A stretch of 64,000 nucleotides of DNA from Eledone cirrhosa (lineage: Eukaryota): NCBI GenBank assembly GCA_964016885.1, contig OZ024743.1:327980001-328044000 (forward strand). Reading direction: 5' to 3'. A model generated the notes under the pieces. That model was not told the DNA's origin, searched no databases, and was given only the letters and a program-made list of their open reading frames with translations. Below, piece by piece: positions 49,501 through 60,812 of this stretch. Both the position numbers and the translations under genes were made by a program. Every line of letters begins with the position of its first letter. Positions within the stretch are counted from its first letter, which is position 1.

Positions 49501-51198
49501 GACACAGCTAGAGACTTATAGAATACTTAGCTGTGTACTGGAACTGGTTTGAAAGAGCGGTTGCCGGTCCGGCAGAAATTAGAAATTGGAATAAATGCTC
49601 TGAAATAGCGATATATATGTGAGTATAGACATAGAATATTCGAAAATATTCTGTATGTTTATAATAAACATTTTGAAGACCTAATCGCTATAGAATAGAA
49701 TACGTCACGTATTACAATTAGATTCTCGATAAAAGCAAGGGAAGTAATCTACGCGTTTCATTCTTGTTAGAATTCATCAGGACTACATATCCAGTGCTTT
49801 TATCGAGAATGACACAGCTAGAGACTTATAGAATACTTAGCTGTGTACTGGAACTGGTTTGAAAGAGCGGTTGCCGGTCCGGCAGAAATTAGAAATTGGA
49901 ATAAATGCTCTGAAATAGCGATATATATGTGAGTATAGACATAGAATATTCGAAAATATTCTGTATGTTTATAATAAACATTTTGAAGACCTAATCGCTA
50001 TAGAATAGAATACGTCACGTATTACAATTAGATTCTCGATAAAAGCAAGGGAAGTAATCTACGCGTTTCATTCTTGTTAGAATTCATCAGGACTACATAT
50101 CCAGTGCTTTTATCGAGAATGACACAGCTAGAGACTTATAGAATACTTAGCTGTGTACTGGAACTGGTTTGAAAGAGCGGTTGCCGGTCCGGCAGAAATT
50201 AGAAATTGGAATAAATGCTCTGAAATAGCGATATATATGTGAGTATAGACATAGAATATTCGAAAATATTCTGTATGTTTATAATAAACATTTTGAAGAC
50301 CTAATCGCTATAGAATAGAATACGTCACGTATTACAATTAGATTCTCGATAAAAGCAAGGGAATTTGCCGGACCGGCAACCGCTCTTTCAAACCAGTTCC
50401 AGTACACAGCTAAGTATTCTATAAGTCTCTAGCTGTGTCATTCTCGATAAAAGCACTGGATATGTAGTCCTGATGAATTCTAACAAGAATGAAACGCGTA
50501 GATTACTTCCCTTGCTTTTATCGAGAATCTAATTGTAATACGTGACGTATTCTATTCTATAGCGATTAGGTCTTCAAAATGTTTATTATAAACATACAGA
50601 ATATTTTCGAATATTCTATGTCTATACTCACATATATATCGCTATTTCAGAGCATTTATTCCAATTTCTAATTTCTGCCGGACCGGCAACCGCTCTTTCA
50701 AACCAGTTCCAGTACACAGCTAAGTATTCTATAAGTCTCTAGCTGTGTCATTCTCGATAAAAGCACTGGATATGTAGTCCTGATGAATTCTAACAAGAAT
50801 GAAACGCGTAGATTACTTCCCTTGCTTTTATCGAGAATCTAATTGTAATACGTGACGTATTCTATTCTATAGCGATTAGGTCTTCAAAATGTTTATTATA
50901 AACATACAGAATATTTTCGAATATTCTATGTCTATACTCACATATATATCGCTATTTCAGAGCATTTATTCCAATTTCTAATAAAAGCACTGGATATGTA
51001 GTCCTGATGAATTCTAACAAGAATGAAACGCGTAGATTACTTCCCTTGCTTTTATCGAGAATCTAATTGTAATACGTGACGTATTCTATTCTATAGCGAT
51101 TAGGTCTTCAAAATGTTTATTATAAACATACAGAATATTTTCGAATATTCTATGTCTATACTCACATATATATCGCTATTTCAGAGCATTTATTCCAA
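46511..51198. repeat. 310-bp tandem array (12 full units plus a partial, then ~2.7 inverted units), each full unit with a hammerhead; retrozyme-like
   Basis: Unit starts at 46511, 46821, ... 50231 (period 310). Orientation flips at 50363/50364; second junction near 50981. Flanked by (TA)n on both sides. Confidence 0.95.
50441..50528 (+). ncRNA. Minimal type I hammerhead ribozyme (representative; also at 50780 and 51004, and 12 minus-strand copies at 46650+310n)
   Basis: TTCTCGATAAAAGCA-ctggatat-GTAGTC-CTGATGA-ATTCT-AACA-AGAAT-GAAAC-GC-GTA|GATTAC-ttccct-TGCTTTTATCGAGAA: full consensus core, 5-bp stem II, palindromic ACGCGT stem III, helix I of 6+15 bp. Predicted cleavage after 50500. Confidence 0.88.
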
Positions 51199-51199
51199 C

Positions 51200-51250
<51 letters not shown>

Positions 51251-51456
51251 AACATATATATATATACATATACATACATATATATATATACATACATATA
51301 TATATACATACATATATATTCATATATATATATATACATATATATATACATATATATATATATACATACATATATATACATATACATACATATATATACA
51401 TATATATATATATACATACATATATATACATATATATATACATATATATATACATA

Positions 51457-51490
<34 letters not shown>

Positions 51491-51537
51491 CATATATATA
51501 TATATATACATATATATATACATATATATATACATAC

Positions 51538-51570
<33 letters not shown>

Positions 51571-51581
51571 CATATATATAC

Positions 51582-51618
<37 letters not shown>

Positions 51619-51619
51619 C

Positions 51620-51670
<51 letters not shown>

Positions 51671-51697
51671 CATACATATATATACATATATATATAC

Positions 51698-51732
<35 letters not shown>

Positions 51733-51747
51733 CATACATATATATAC

Positions 51748-51800
<53 letters not shown>

Positions 51801-51808
51801 CATACATA

Positions 51809-51842
<34 letters not shown>

Positions 51843-52033
51843 CATACATATGTATATATATATATACATATATATATATATACATACATATACATATATA
51901 TATATATATACATACATATACATATATATATATATATATATATACATACATATACATATATATATATATATACATACATATACATATATATATATATATA
52001 CATACATATACATATATATATATATATACATAC

Positions 52034-52065
<32 letters not shown>

Positions 52066-52134
52066 ATACATATATATATATACATACATATACATATATA
52101 TATATATACATACATATATATATATACATACATA

Positions 52135-52175
<41 letters not shown>

Positions 52176-52188
52176 ATATACATACATA

Positions 52189-52224
<36 letters not shown>

Positions 52225-52229
52225 CATAC

Positions 52230-52310
<81 letters not shown>

Positions 52311-52324
52311 TATATACATACATA

Positions 52325-52378
<54 letters not shown>

Positions 52379-52389
52379 TATATACATAC

Positions 52390-52486
<97 letters not shown>

Positions 52487-52657
52487 CATACATATATATA
52501 TATATACATACATATATATATATATATATATACACATACATATATATATATATACATATATATACATATACATATATATATACATATATATATATATATA
52601 CATATATATCTCCAAACCCATGCAAGCATGGAACACGGACGTTAAACGATGATGATG

Positions 52658-52690
<33 letters not shown>

Positions 52691-52891
52691 CATACATATA
52701 CATATATATATATATATATACATATATATATACATATATACATATATATATACATATGTATATACATATATATATATATATATACATACATATACATATA
52801 TATACATATATATATACATATATATATACATATACATTTATATATACATATATATATAAATATACATATATATATATATATATATATATTT

Positions 52892-52940
<49 letters not shown>

Positions 52941-52941
52941 C

Positions 52942-52979
<38 letters not shown>

Positions 52980-52980
52980 C
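51199..52980. repeat. (TA)n/(TACA)n microsatellite with a short RTE tail remnant at 52610-52660
   Basis: Simple repeat. Confidence 0.97.
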
Positions 52981-54355
52981 TATAAGTCGTTTGGAAGCCT
53001 AGACAATGCAAATGGGTAAATCTGCGGGTAACAGGTCCGGTGGTGGAGAGAGAGATGTAAGTGGGTGTACGTTGAGATGCGTGGTGTGTATAAGATGTGT
53101 GAGATGTGTAGAATGAAGGGAAGAGTAAAAGGATAAAAATAATAATAACAACACAAGAGAGAGTTACCTTGGGAGAGATTTAATAGTCCCTATATATTTC
53201 GGATTCACATCCATCAACTGGGGTTTTTTTCCGGGGTGGGGGAAAAGGTTGTCTGTCGGACAAGTCTGGAAGGCGTCTTTCGCTGTTTGCTGATTTGAAA
53301 ATCCGAGGCATCCGGCAGAGCGCGCGTGCGCGTGAAATGGGGTCGGTCGTACAGAGGTCAGCGGCCGAATGAGGGAGTGGGATGGCGCTAGCTGTCAGTC
53401 CATTCTCTGCCTGTTTGTTAGATGTTACTGTGTGTGTGTGTGCGTGTGTTGTTGTCTCGCTTGAGTGTGTGTGTGTGTGTGTTGTTGCCTTGTTCATCTG
53501 TATTGGCAGTGTAGTATGTTCGTATGGTGGAAAGCTACAATGTGTGTGTGCGTGTGTGTGTGTGGTTGTCTCGTTTGCGTGTGTGTGTGTGTGTGTGCGT
53601 GTGTTGTGTGTTGTTGTATCGCTTGTTAACTTAAACCAGCCATTTCATTTCGCTTCTCTCTAATCGGTTGTTTATTTGCGGTTGCAGGCGTTTGATAAAA
53701 AGTGCTTCCTTGATACGTAACGTGCCGACGTTTCTTTCAGTCGCTAGAATTGTGACAATGGGCCTTCCGTCTTTGTTTCCGCATTTGTCTATGTGTTTCC
53801 GGAAAGACAACCCCAGTTGATGGATGTGAATCCGAAATATATAGGGACTATTTGCGTAATATTGCCAGAATTAATAACAGAACACACTCACTGTTTGGTT
53901 GGTTTTCGCTTCTCGCTGTCTTTTATATCTGCAATCTAACTTACTCGGTCCTCAATGTTGCCATTGACTGACCGGCGGTCAAAAATAATACAGATACAAT
54001 ATAGACACAAACACATATATATAGTTTACATAATTTACATAAATCTTTCGTTGCACATCTGCAACATCATCAGTGGTGTTATATTCATTGTTCCTCTTGT
54101 TGTGTTGTATGTCTACGCCATTTTTTTATTCAGTCTGTCTATATATTTATTTATTTATTTGCTTGTTTGTTTATCTTATTTTATTTTGTCTTCTTTGCGC
54201 ATGCGTTTGCGTGTGTGTATAGTGTTATGTGTGATGTGTGACTAGTGTGTATAGTGTTGTGTCTGCTGGGTGACTAGTGTGTGTTTATGTGCTTGTTGTT
54301 ATTGTGCTTGTGTATGTATTTATTTATCTTATTTTATTTTATTTTATTTACTTAT

Positions 54356-54672
54356 TTATACTTCTCTTAGGTCAATGTTGTTTGTTTGGGTGTTGTTGTT
54401 GTTCCACTCATTCTTTCTGTTTAGCTTTGGTCTTCTAATTTCTATTTCACTGGCCTCTCTGATTTGCCTATCTGCTGGGTCATTCCTATGTTTAGATATT
54501 ATTCTAATTTCTATGTTGTCTATGTTACCGTCATGTTGTTGTCTAGCATGTTCGTATAGTACTGACCCGTTTTTTCGTCCTTTTAGTTCCCCCCAGTGTT
54601 GGTCTATCCTTTCACCTATGCTACGAGCTGTCTCACCTATGTATGTTGTTGTCATGTTTCTGCAAGTATACC
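54356..54672 (-). pseudogene. PLE GIY-YIG endonuclease C-terminal fragment
   Basis: YIGETARSIGERIDQH...LYEHARQQH...RQIREASEIEIRRPKLN. Confidence 0.88.
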
Positions 54673-54744
54673 TGTCTACTACTTGTCTAATCTTATTTCT
54701 AGCTATGGTGAACTGTGCCTCCGTCTCGTCATCTATTTGCCACA

Positions 54745-55470
54745 GCAAATAGATGACGAGACGGAGGCACAGTTCACCATAGCTAGAAATAAGATTAGAC
54801 AAGTAGTAGACAGGTATACTATGAGACAGAGCAGACCAGAGGCCCAACAACTTGGGAGAAAACCTGTAGAAGGCTTGGTTAGCCTCAAGCAGCGCACAAG
54901 GGATGGTGAGGTAGTGTGTCTACCCACAGATAAGTCTGGTAGGATGTCAATAGATAGCATGCCGAACTACATCGAGGCAATGCAACCCCACATCACCAAC
55001 ACGAGCGAAGTTGCACAACTAACACACGATGGGAGAGAAAAAATCCTCAACGCTCACATGATGATGTGGACTGACATCCTAAAGCCAAGCAGACGCACTG
55101 CCAACAACTTCCAGGCGTCTAACAATGGCATACCACCCTTGTATGGGCTCCGCAAAGACCACAAGACAGTCGACGACCCGACAACAGGACCACCAACAAG
55201 ACCCGTATGCGGAGCTAATATAGCTAGCAACTACAGGATCTCCTACTTCCTCTCAATGGTTATACGCCCCATAATCAAGATGTCCCCAGATGTATGTGAA
55301 AGTACAGAGGACCTCCTCAGCAGAATCAGTGAGTGCAACAAAAACAGGAGCCTATCCAACTGCATAATAGGCAGCATGGATGTGGTGTCACTGTACCCAT
55401 ACATTAACATTGATTTTGCTGTGAAAAGATGTGTGGAGATGATCATTGAGAGTGAGGAGGAGTTCTGCGC
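54745..55470 (+). pseudogene. PLE reverse transcriptase N-terminal half
   Basis: PTDKSG, PPLYGLRKDHK, PTRPVCG, GSMDVVSLYPYI; truncated after motif A. Confidence 0.88.
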
Positions 55471-57406
55471 GTGCTAGGTGTGATGCGAGGTTAGGTGTGG
55501 TCGAATAGGATAATTTAATTACGTTTTTGTTAATTATGTTACGGTATCTATTGCCTGGTGGGAAGTTTTTTTCCAATAATGAGAAGAATACTCTGGGGAG
55601 GTTAGTGAGGACCTCAGAGTTAAAAGGTGGGTTAAAATACATGTTTTTCCTTCTTCTATTTTTCTTATCTGTGGGGTGAGTCTCGCTACTGTGCGTACTA
55701 TTTTGTAGGGTTCCGTTATTAACGTTAGTGACGTTGTCCGTTTTGCTTAAGCCCGGATGGTTTCTATTCATGGCGTGATCATTTACTGTTTTAGAGTTGT
55801 GGTGGGGGACTCTAGTATCGTCTTTACGTGGTTTACATTTAGCTAGGTTACCGCCATTAGGGTTCTTACTATTATTCTTGCCTCTAATTTGGTTAGGCTT
55901 TGTGGCCATACTATGTGTGATTATGTAGGTAGGTTTCACACTCATGGTTTGAGAGTCCTTATGTATATATGATAATCTACTCCCGTAACCAGATTCTGCT
56001 AGGGCCCTGTCATAATACTCTGCATTGGAGTTGAAGATACTCTCATTACAGGACAGTCTGCTAATTCTGTTAGAGACCCCCCTGGGAATAGCGTTTAGGA
56101 CTGATTTGGGGTGGTTAGAGCTGGCGTTTACATATGTTAATCTATCGTTAGGTTTATGGTAGGGTGCAAATGTTTTACTTTCTAGGTCAAGGGTGGCGTC
56201 TAGGAAGTTTACTGTTTTATCATTTGCATCTATGGTAATACTTAGATTAAAGTTTTTAAAGAACCTACGTAATTGCTTCCTAGTTCTTTCTATATTGCAC
56301 TTTTTATACTCGAGAGTGAGGAGGGCGTCATCACGGTATAAGCCGCCCTTCAAGTGTGGTAATGTCTCATGTAACTCCTTTAAGAGGTACAATCCTACCA
56401 GGTCCGTTACTTGTGCAGAGTCACTAGATCCCATTGTGATGTCGAAGTTGCTGGGCGTATTCTTGCGGGTCCACAATTCATCCTCAAATGTGATTATCGT
56501 TTTCCGGGCCGCAAGAATGACATCAATTTGAGATCTAGTGAGGTCACTTTTCTGCATGGCCATGATTAGGGCCTTATTAAGGAGTATGGGAGAGATTGAG
56601 GTGTAATACGCATCGATGTCGAATTGTATAAATTTAAGGGATTTATGGTTGCTAAGGCTTGAGAACCATTTCAAAACCTCTTCCGTATTCTCCCATAGCT
56701 CTAGATGTATTTTCCTCCTGATGGTGGGTATAACGCCGTCTAAAATTTTCTTACTGATAATTCCTATATCTGACTTCGATGGGCTAATTAGTCTAACAGA
56801 GGGTTTACTAATGAAGTCAGCCTTATGGTCTTTAAGGGTGAACCTGGGTTGCCTAGGGGTATAAGGTTGGGTATACTTTTCCAGACCTAGTTTATCCACT
56901 ATTGCACATGCTTCCTTATTAATTTCATCTAAGTTTGCGCTTGTTGTCTTTTTATAGTTTCTATTTAATTCATTGTATATGAACCTACGATACGTATCAT
57001 AATTTAAGCTATAAATATTTCTGGTTTTGTCCGAGGTGACCAGGATATCTCTTTTATCGCTAAAGTCCTTAACTAAGGTTTCCAGTTTCATCCGGAATTT
57101 GTTGCTATTCCCATGGGGGTTTTTAAACTTAATATTCCTTACTAGCGATAGGAGGTCATTCTCAAATCCATCTAGCATGGAGTTATGGGGCGGGCTCCTA
57201 TAGGTTTTAAAACCGAATTTGTTATTGGGGGACACTGTGGTTGATTTCTTATTTCTCCTATTGAAGTGGAAAGTGCGCCATCTAATACGCTTAACGAAGG
57301 AGTTGACACTAGCTATCAGTAATTTCTCATAAGTAGTCCTAGATGGGGTTGGGATGTTCTTGAGTGATATAGGTAGGTAGTCTTTAGTTAACATGCTGCC
57401 AATCAA
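55470..57406 (-). CDS. Penelope-like element B RT ORF, 3'-truncated before the endonuclease
   Basis: SLKNIPTP, KRIRWR, SDKTRNIY, FTLKDHK, RLISPSKS, QFDIDAYYTSI, TMGSSD, LYRDDAL, VNFLD, PYHKPN, SNHP, FNPPFN, KLSYS; no stops over ~645 codons. Confidence 0.9.
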
Positions 57407-57614
57407 TTATAATCATACACACCAGGTGGACAGGTTATAAGGATTTAGCTCAACCGGGGGGAGCCGTAGAAATACTTAGGTTAGTAGGAGTTAGGTATTA
57501 TATACCCGTGTCCCGTTAAGGTATTGGCAGCATAATAATTAGCTCTATGCTTTGGAGCAGAGCCGTATATATGAAAAAGAACACAAGAGCGTCTACAACA
57601 TCAAAAGATTTTTA

Positions 57615-57668
57615 TTGGCTAACAATGTTTCTTCCTTACGTGTAACCGTAGGATTCATCAGAGCTATA
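57615..57668 (-). ncRNA. Hammerhead motif in the PLE B pLTR (sense to the ORF)
   Basis: GCT-CTGATGA-A-TCCTACG-gttaca-CGTAAGGA-A-GAAAC-ATT-GTT-AGC. Confidence 0.78.
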
Positions 57669-58309
57669 AAAGGGGTTTGATTGGTGTTATGGACTCTACC
57701 AACCAAACACCCAAGAACAAAGAGTAAAGAGAGTAAAGAGCAAAAGTAGGGGACGATAAGTCTAATTTTGGTGCGGGAGGGTGGGGTGTTGGTCCTTGTT
57801 TACTAGCTGCGGTCATCGGGGGTCGGGTGGTTAGCTGAACCATAGATGGGGTGGCGTGGATAGTATGGTGCAGAGGGTGCGCAGAGGCTACACAAACACA
57901 AAGGGCGTAGAATACATATATACATATAGCGGAGGAGAAGGTACATGAGGTAATTAGAAATGGAAAAAGAGTAATAATCTATAATTAATAGTGTATAATA
58001 AGGCATGGGGAAGATTACACTATAATAAGGTATAAAGGTAAGAATAAGGTAAAATATAAAGGAGGATAAAAGTGGAAATAATAATAAAGATAAAAAATAT
58101 ATAGAGAATATATAAGGAAATATAAGCGAATATTTGGAGGGGAAAACACAATGTAAAAAAAAACGATTTTTTTCAAACAATAATAAAAAATAATAAAAAT
58201 ATAATAATTATGGGGGGAGAAAACAGGATAGAGAAATATGATCAAGTGTGATTCGTTGAGAGAATATAGGATGATAACAGTTGTGTCCGGTTTATACATC
58301 TTAATAATA

Positions 58310-58790
58310 AATAAACAATATGTGTATCAGAGTTGCAGAACCTTCAATTCACTTACGGGTTCAAGCCACGTGGCATGGTCCATTGTTTATCTGTGCGGTC
58401 ATGTGCGTTTGTTTTTGACACCACAGCAGATGCACAAGTTTGTAAATTCCAATGCAGATAGAAGTCAATTTTTGCTCACCCGGACATTGACCGAGGATCC
58501 AATATTCCTAGTTCAATATGTGTTTGGTGTTATTTTGTTCGCACAAATCAATCAATTGGTTCAATATATGGAGTATGGTTTCCTGGTCTTCGTGACAGTG
58601 TCAGTGGTTGTATATTTGGAAGTCACAAGGATCACAGTACTCCGGTTTGGTGTGATACCCAAACGTTGAACTTTGGTGTCGATAGGACATCAACGAAGCA
58701 GGGTGATATCGCATCTGTGGTACAAAACGGTGCGGAAGGAAATTCTTCGTCTTCGTTTCATCCGGGTCCAGTAGTCACGTGCAAGAACCG
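58310..58790 (-). pseudogene. Possible decayed L1/Tx1 C-terminal zinc-knuckle fragment
   Basis: Manual translation with stops: ...HCHEDQETILHIL...EYWILG...IYKLVHLLW. Confidence 0.25.
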
Positions 58791-59234
58791 CTACGTAGTA
58801 ATTGTGGGGTTAATCAGTCAAGTCAGCAACTGACCGAAAATTCAGGCAGGCATAACAGCTTTTTTATGTGTGTACGTGTGTCCGACACACACACACACAT
58901 ATCTATATGTATTTCAACCAAAAAAACTCAAATGATTCACCCAGTGGTACTACAATCGGTCAAGACAGTAACTGGCCGGCAGTTCCCTTAGGGATTCAGA
59001 CAGGCATGACAGGTATATTTAGGTCAAGAGCCTCCTTATGTGTTCGTGTGTTCGATACACACAGACACACATCCACCCGACCCCCGATGACCGCAGCTAG
59101 TAAACAAGGACCAACACCCCATCCTCCCGCACCAAAATTAGACTTATCGTCCCCTACTTTTGCTCTTTACTCTCTTTACTCTTTGTTCTTGGGTGTTTGG
59201 TTGGTAGAGTCCATAACACCAATCAAACCCCTTT

Positions 59235-59290
59235 TATAGCTCTGATGAATCCTACGGTTACACGTAAGGAAGAAACATTGTTAGCCAATA
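59235..59290 (+). ncRNA. Hammerhead motif in the inverted pLTR
   Basis: Same motif, CTGATGA at 59242. Confidence 0.78.
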
Positions 59291-59413
59291 AAAATGTAGA
59301 CGCTCTTGTGTTCTTTTTCATATATATGCTCCAAAGCATAGAGCTAATTATTATGCTGCCAATACCTTAACGGGACACGGGTATATAATACCTAACTCCT
59401 ACTAACCTAAGTA

Positions 59414-59757
59414 TCATCATTTTTCATCATCATTTTTACGTCCGCTTTTCCCTGCTTGCAAGGGTGGGACGGGAACTGATTCTGGCTTGATTTCTACAGC
59501 TGGATGCCCTTCCTAACACCAACCTCATTTACAGTGAGTGCTGGGTGCTTTTTTGCCGTGGCACCTCCACGACCACTTTGCAGTGGAATGATAAGGACCC
59601 CAGTCCCTATCATCTCATTTCTACAGCTGAGTAAACTGGAGCAATGTGAAATAAAGTGTCTTGCTCAAGGAAACAACACATCACCCGGTCTGAGAATTGA
59701 ACTCACAACCCTTCGATTGCAAGGCCAATGCTCTAACCACTAAGCCATGTGCCTCCA
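59414..59757 (-). mobile_element. SINE family A, full length
   Basis: Consensus match; a short head-to-head duplicate of the head follows at 59757-59773. Confidence 0.92.
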
Positions 59758-59774
59758 TGGCTTAGTGGTTAGAA

Positions 59775-59809
<35 letters not shown>

Positions 59810-59994
59810 TATATTTATATATATATATGTATATTTATATATGTATATGTATATATATGTATATATATATATATATGTATATATATGTATATATATATGT
59901 ATATATGTATATGTATATATATGTATATATATATATATATGTATATATATGTATATATGTATATATGTATATATATATTATATTATATATATAC

Positions 59995-60027
<33 letters not shown>

Positions 60028-60104
60028 CATATATATACATATATATATATATACATATATATACATATACATATATACATATATATACATATATACATAT
60101 ATAC

Positions 60105-60137
<33 letters not shown>

Positions 60138-60347
60138 GATATATACATATGTATATATACATATATATATATATACATATATATACATATACATATATAT
60201 ACATATACATATATATATATATACATATATATATACATATATATATACATATATATATATACATATATATATATACATATATACATATATATACATATAT
60301 ATACATATACATACATATACATATATACATATACATATATACATACA

Positions 60348-60812
60348 TATACTCTTTTACCTGTTTCAGCCATGCGGCTGAGGCCATGCGGCTGAGGCCA
60401 TGCTGGGGCACCGCCCTTGTTCCTACACATTTTATCTCCAGCCTGTATAGATTGGCCACTGGTGTAAGAGGGAGTTTGTTGCTGCTGCCCTTAGGTTTCC
60501 CTCGTGTCTTGCTGTGGGCTCATCCGGGATCCTGGATAACAAGGTGTCGAGATGTTTCTTAAAGACATTCACCTCCACGTCATGCAAGTCTCTCAGATGC
60601 CTCGGCAGCCTGTTGAAGAGTTGAGGGCCCTTGAATCCCAGGCTATTGCAATACCTGCTCCTTATTCTAGATGTGGAAGACGGGACCTTTGGCACCACAC
60701 AGTGACGTCCTGTTCGACGGTTGGTCCAGCTCCCAATGCCAAAGTTTGGTGCTAGTCCCTCCAGGATTTTCCACATGTAGATCACTGCGTATCTCTCCCG
60801 TCTTCGCTCCAA
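60348..60812 (-). mobile_element. CR1-group LINE 3' fragment
   Basis: ERRRERYAVIYMWKILEG...GPQLFNRLP...FKKHLD..L..IPDEP...RAA.TNSL. Confidence 0.8.

Larger units (their letters stand above)
53180..55470. mobile_element. Penelope-like element A, rearranged (inverted RT and EN halves)
   Basis: GIY-YIG part on minus, RT N-half on plus, joined by a ~77-bp hairpin; 45-bp inverted HHR-like repeat at 53183 and 53808. Confidence 0.82.
57470..59413. mobile_element. PLE B pseudo-LTR and inverted pseudo-LTR
   Basis: 57472-57830 is the reverse complement of 59075-59413; each copy carries an HHR. Confidence 0.85.

Noticed and set aside
46511-50363. CRISPR-like or rDNA/tRNA array
   Set aside because: Units are identical with no unique spacers, there are no cas genes, and I see no 5S or tRNA features.
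51113-53019. Long Y/I/H/T/M/C-rich ORFs (also at 32.9, 37.7, 42.9, 45.3, 46.1 and 59.8 kb)
   Set aside because: Translations of (TA)n/(TACA)n microsatellites.
54596-54850. Single PLE ORF joining RT N-terminus to EN, or an N-terminal-EN (Naiad-type) layout
   Set aside because: The overlap comes from a local hairpin inversion; the EN fragment ends in a stop and 3' UTR, consistent with a C-terminal EN.
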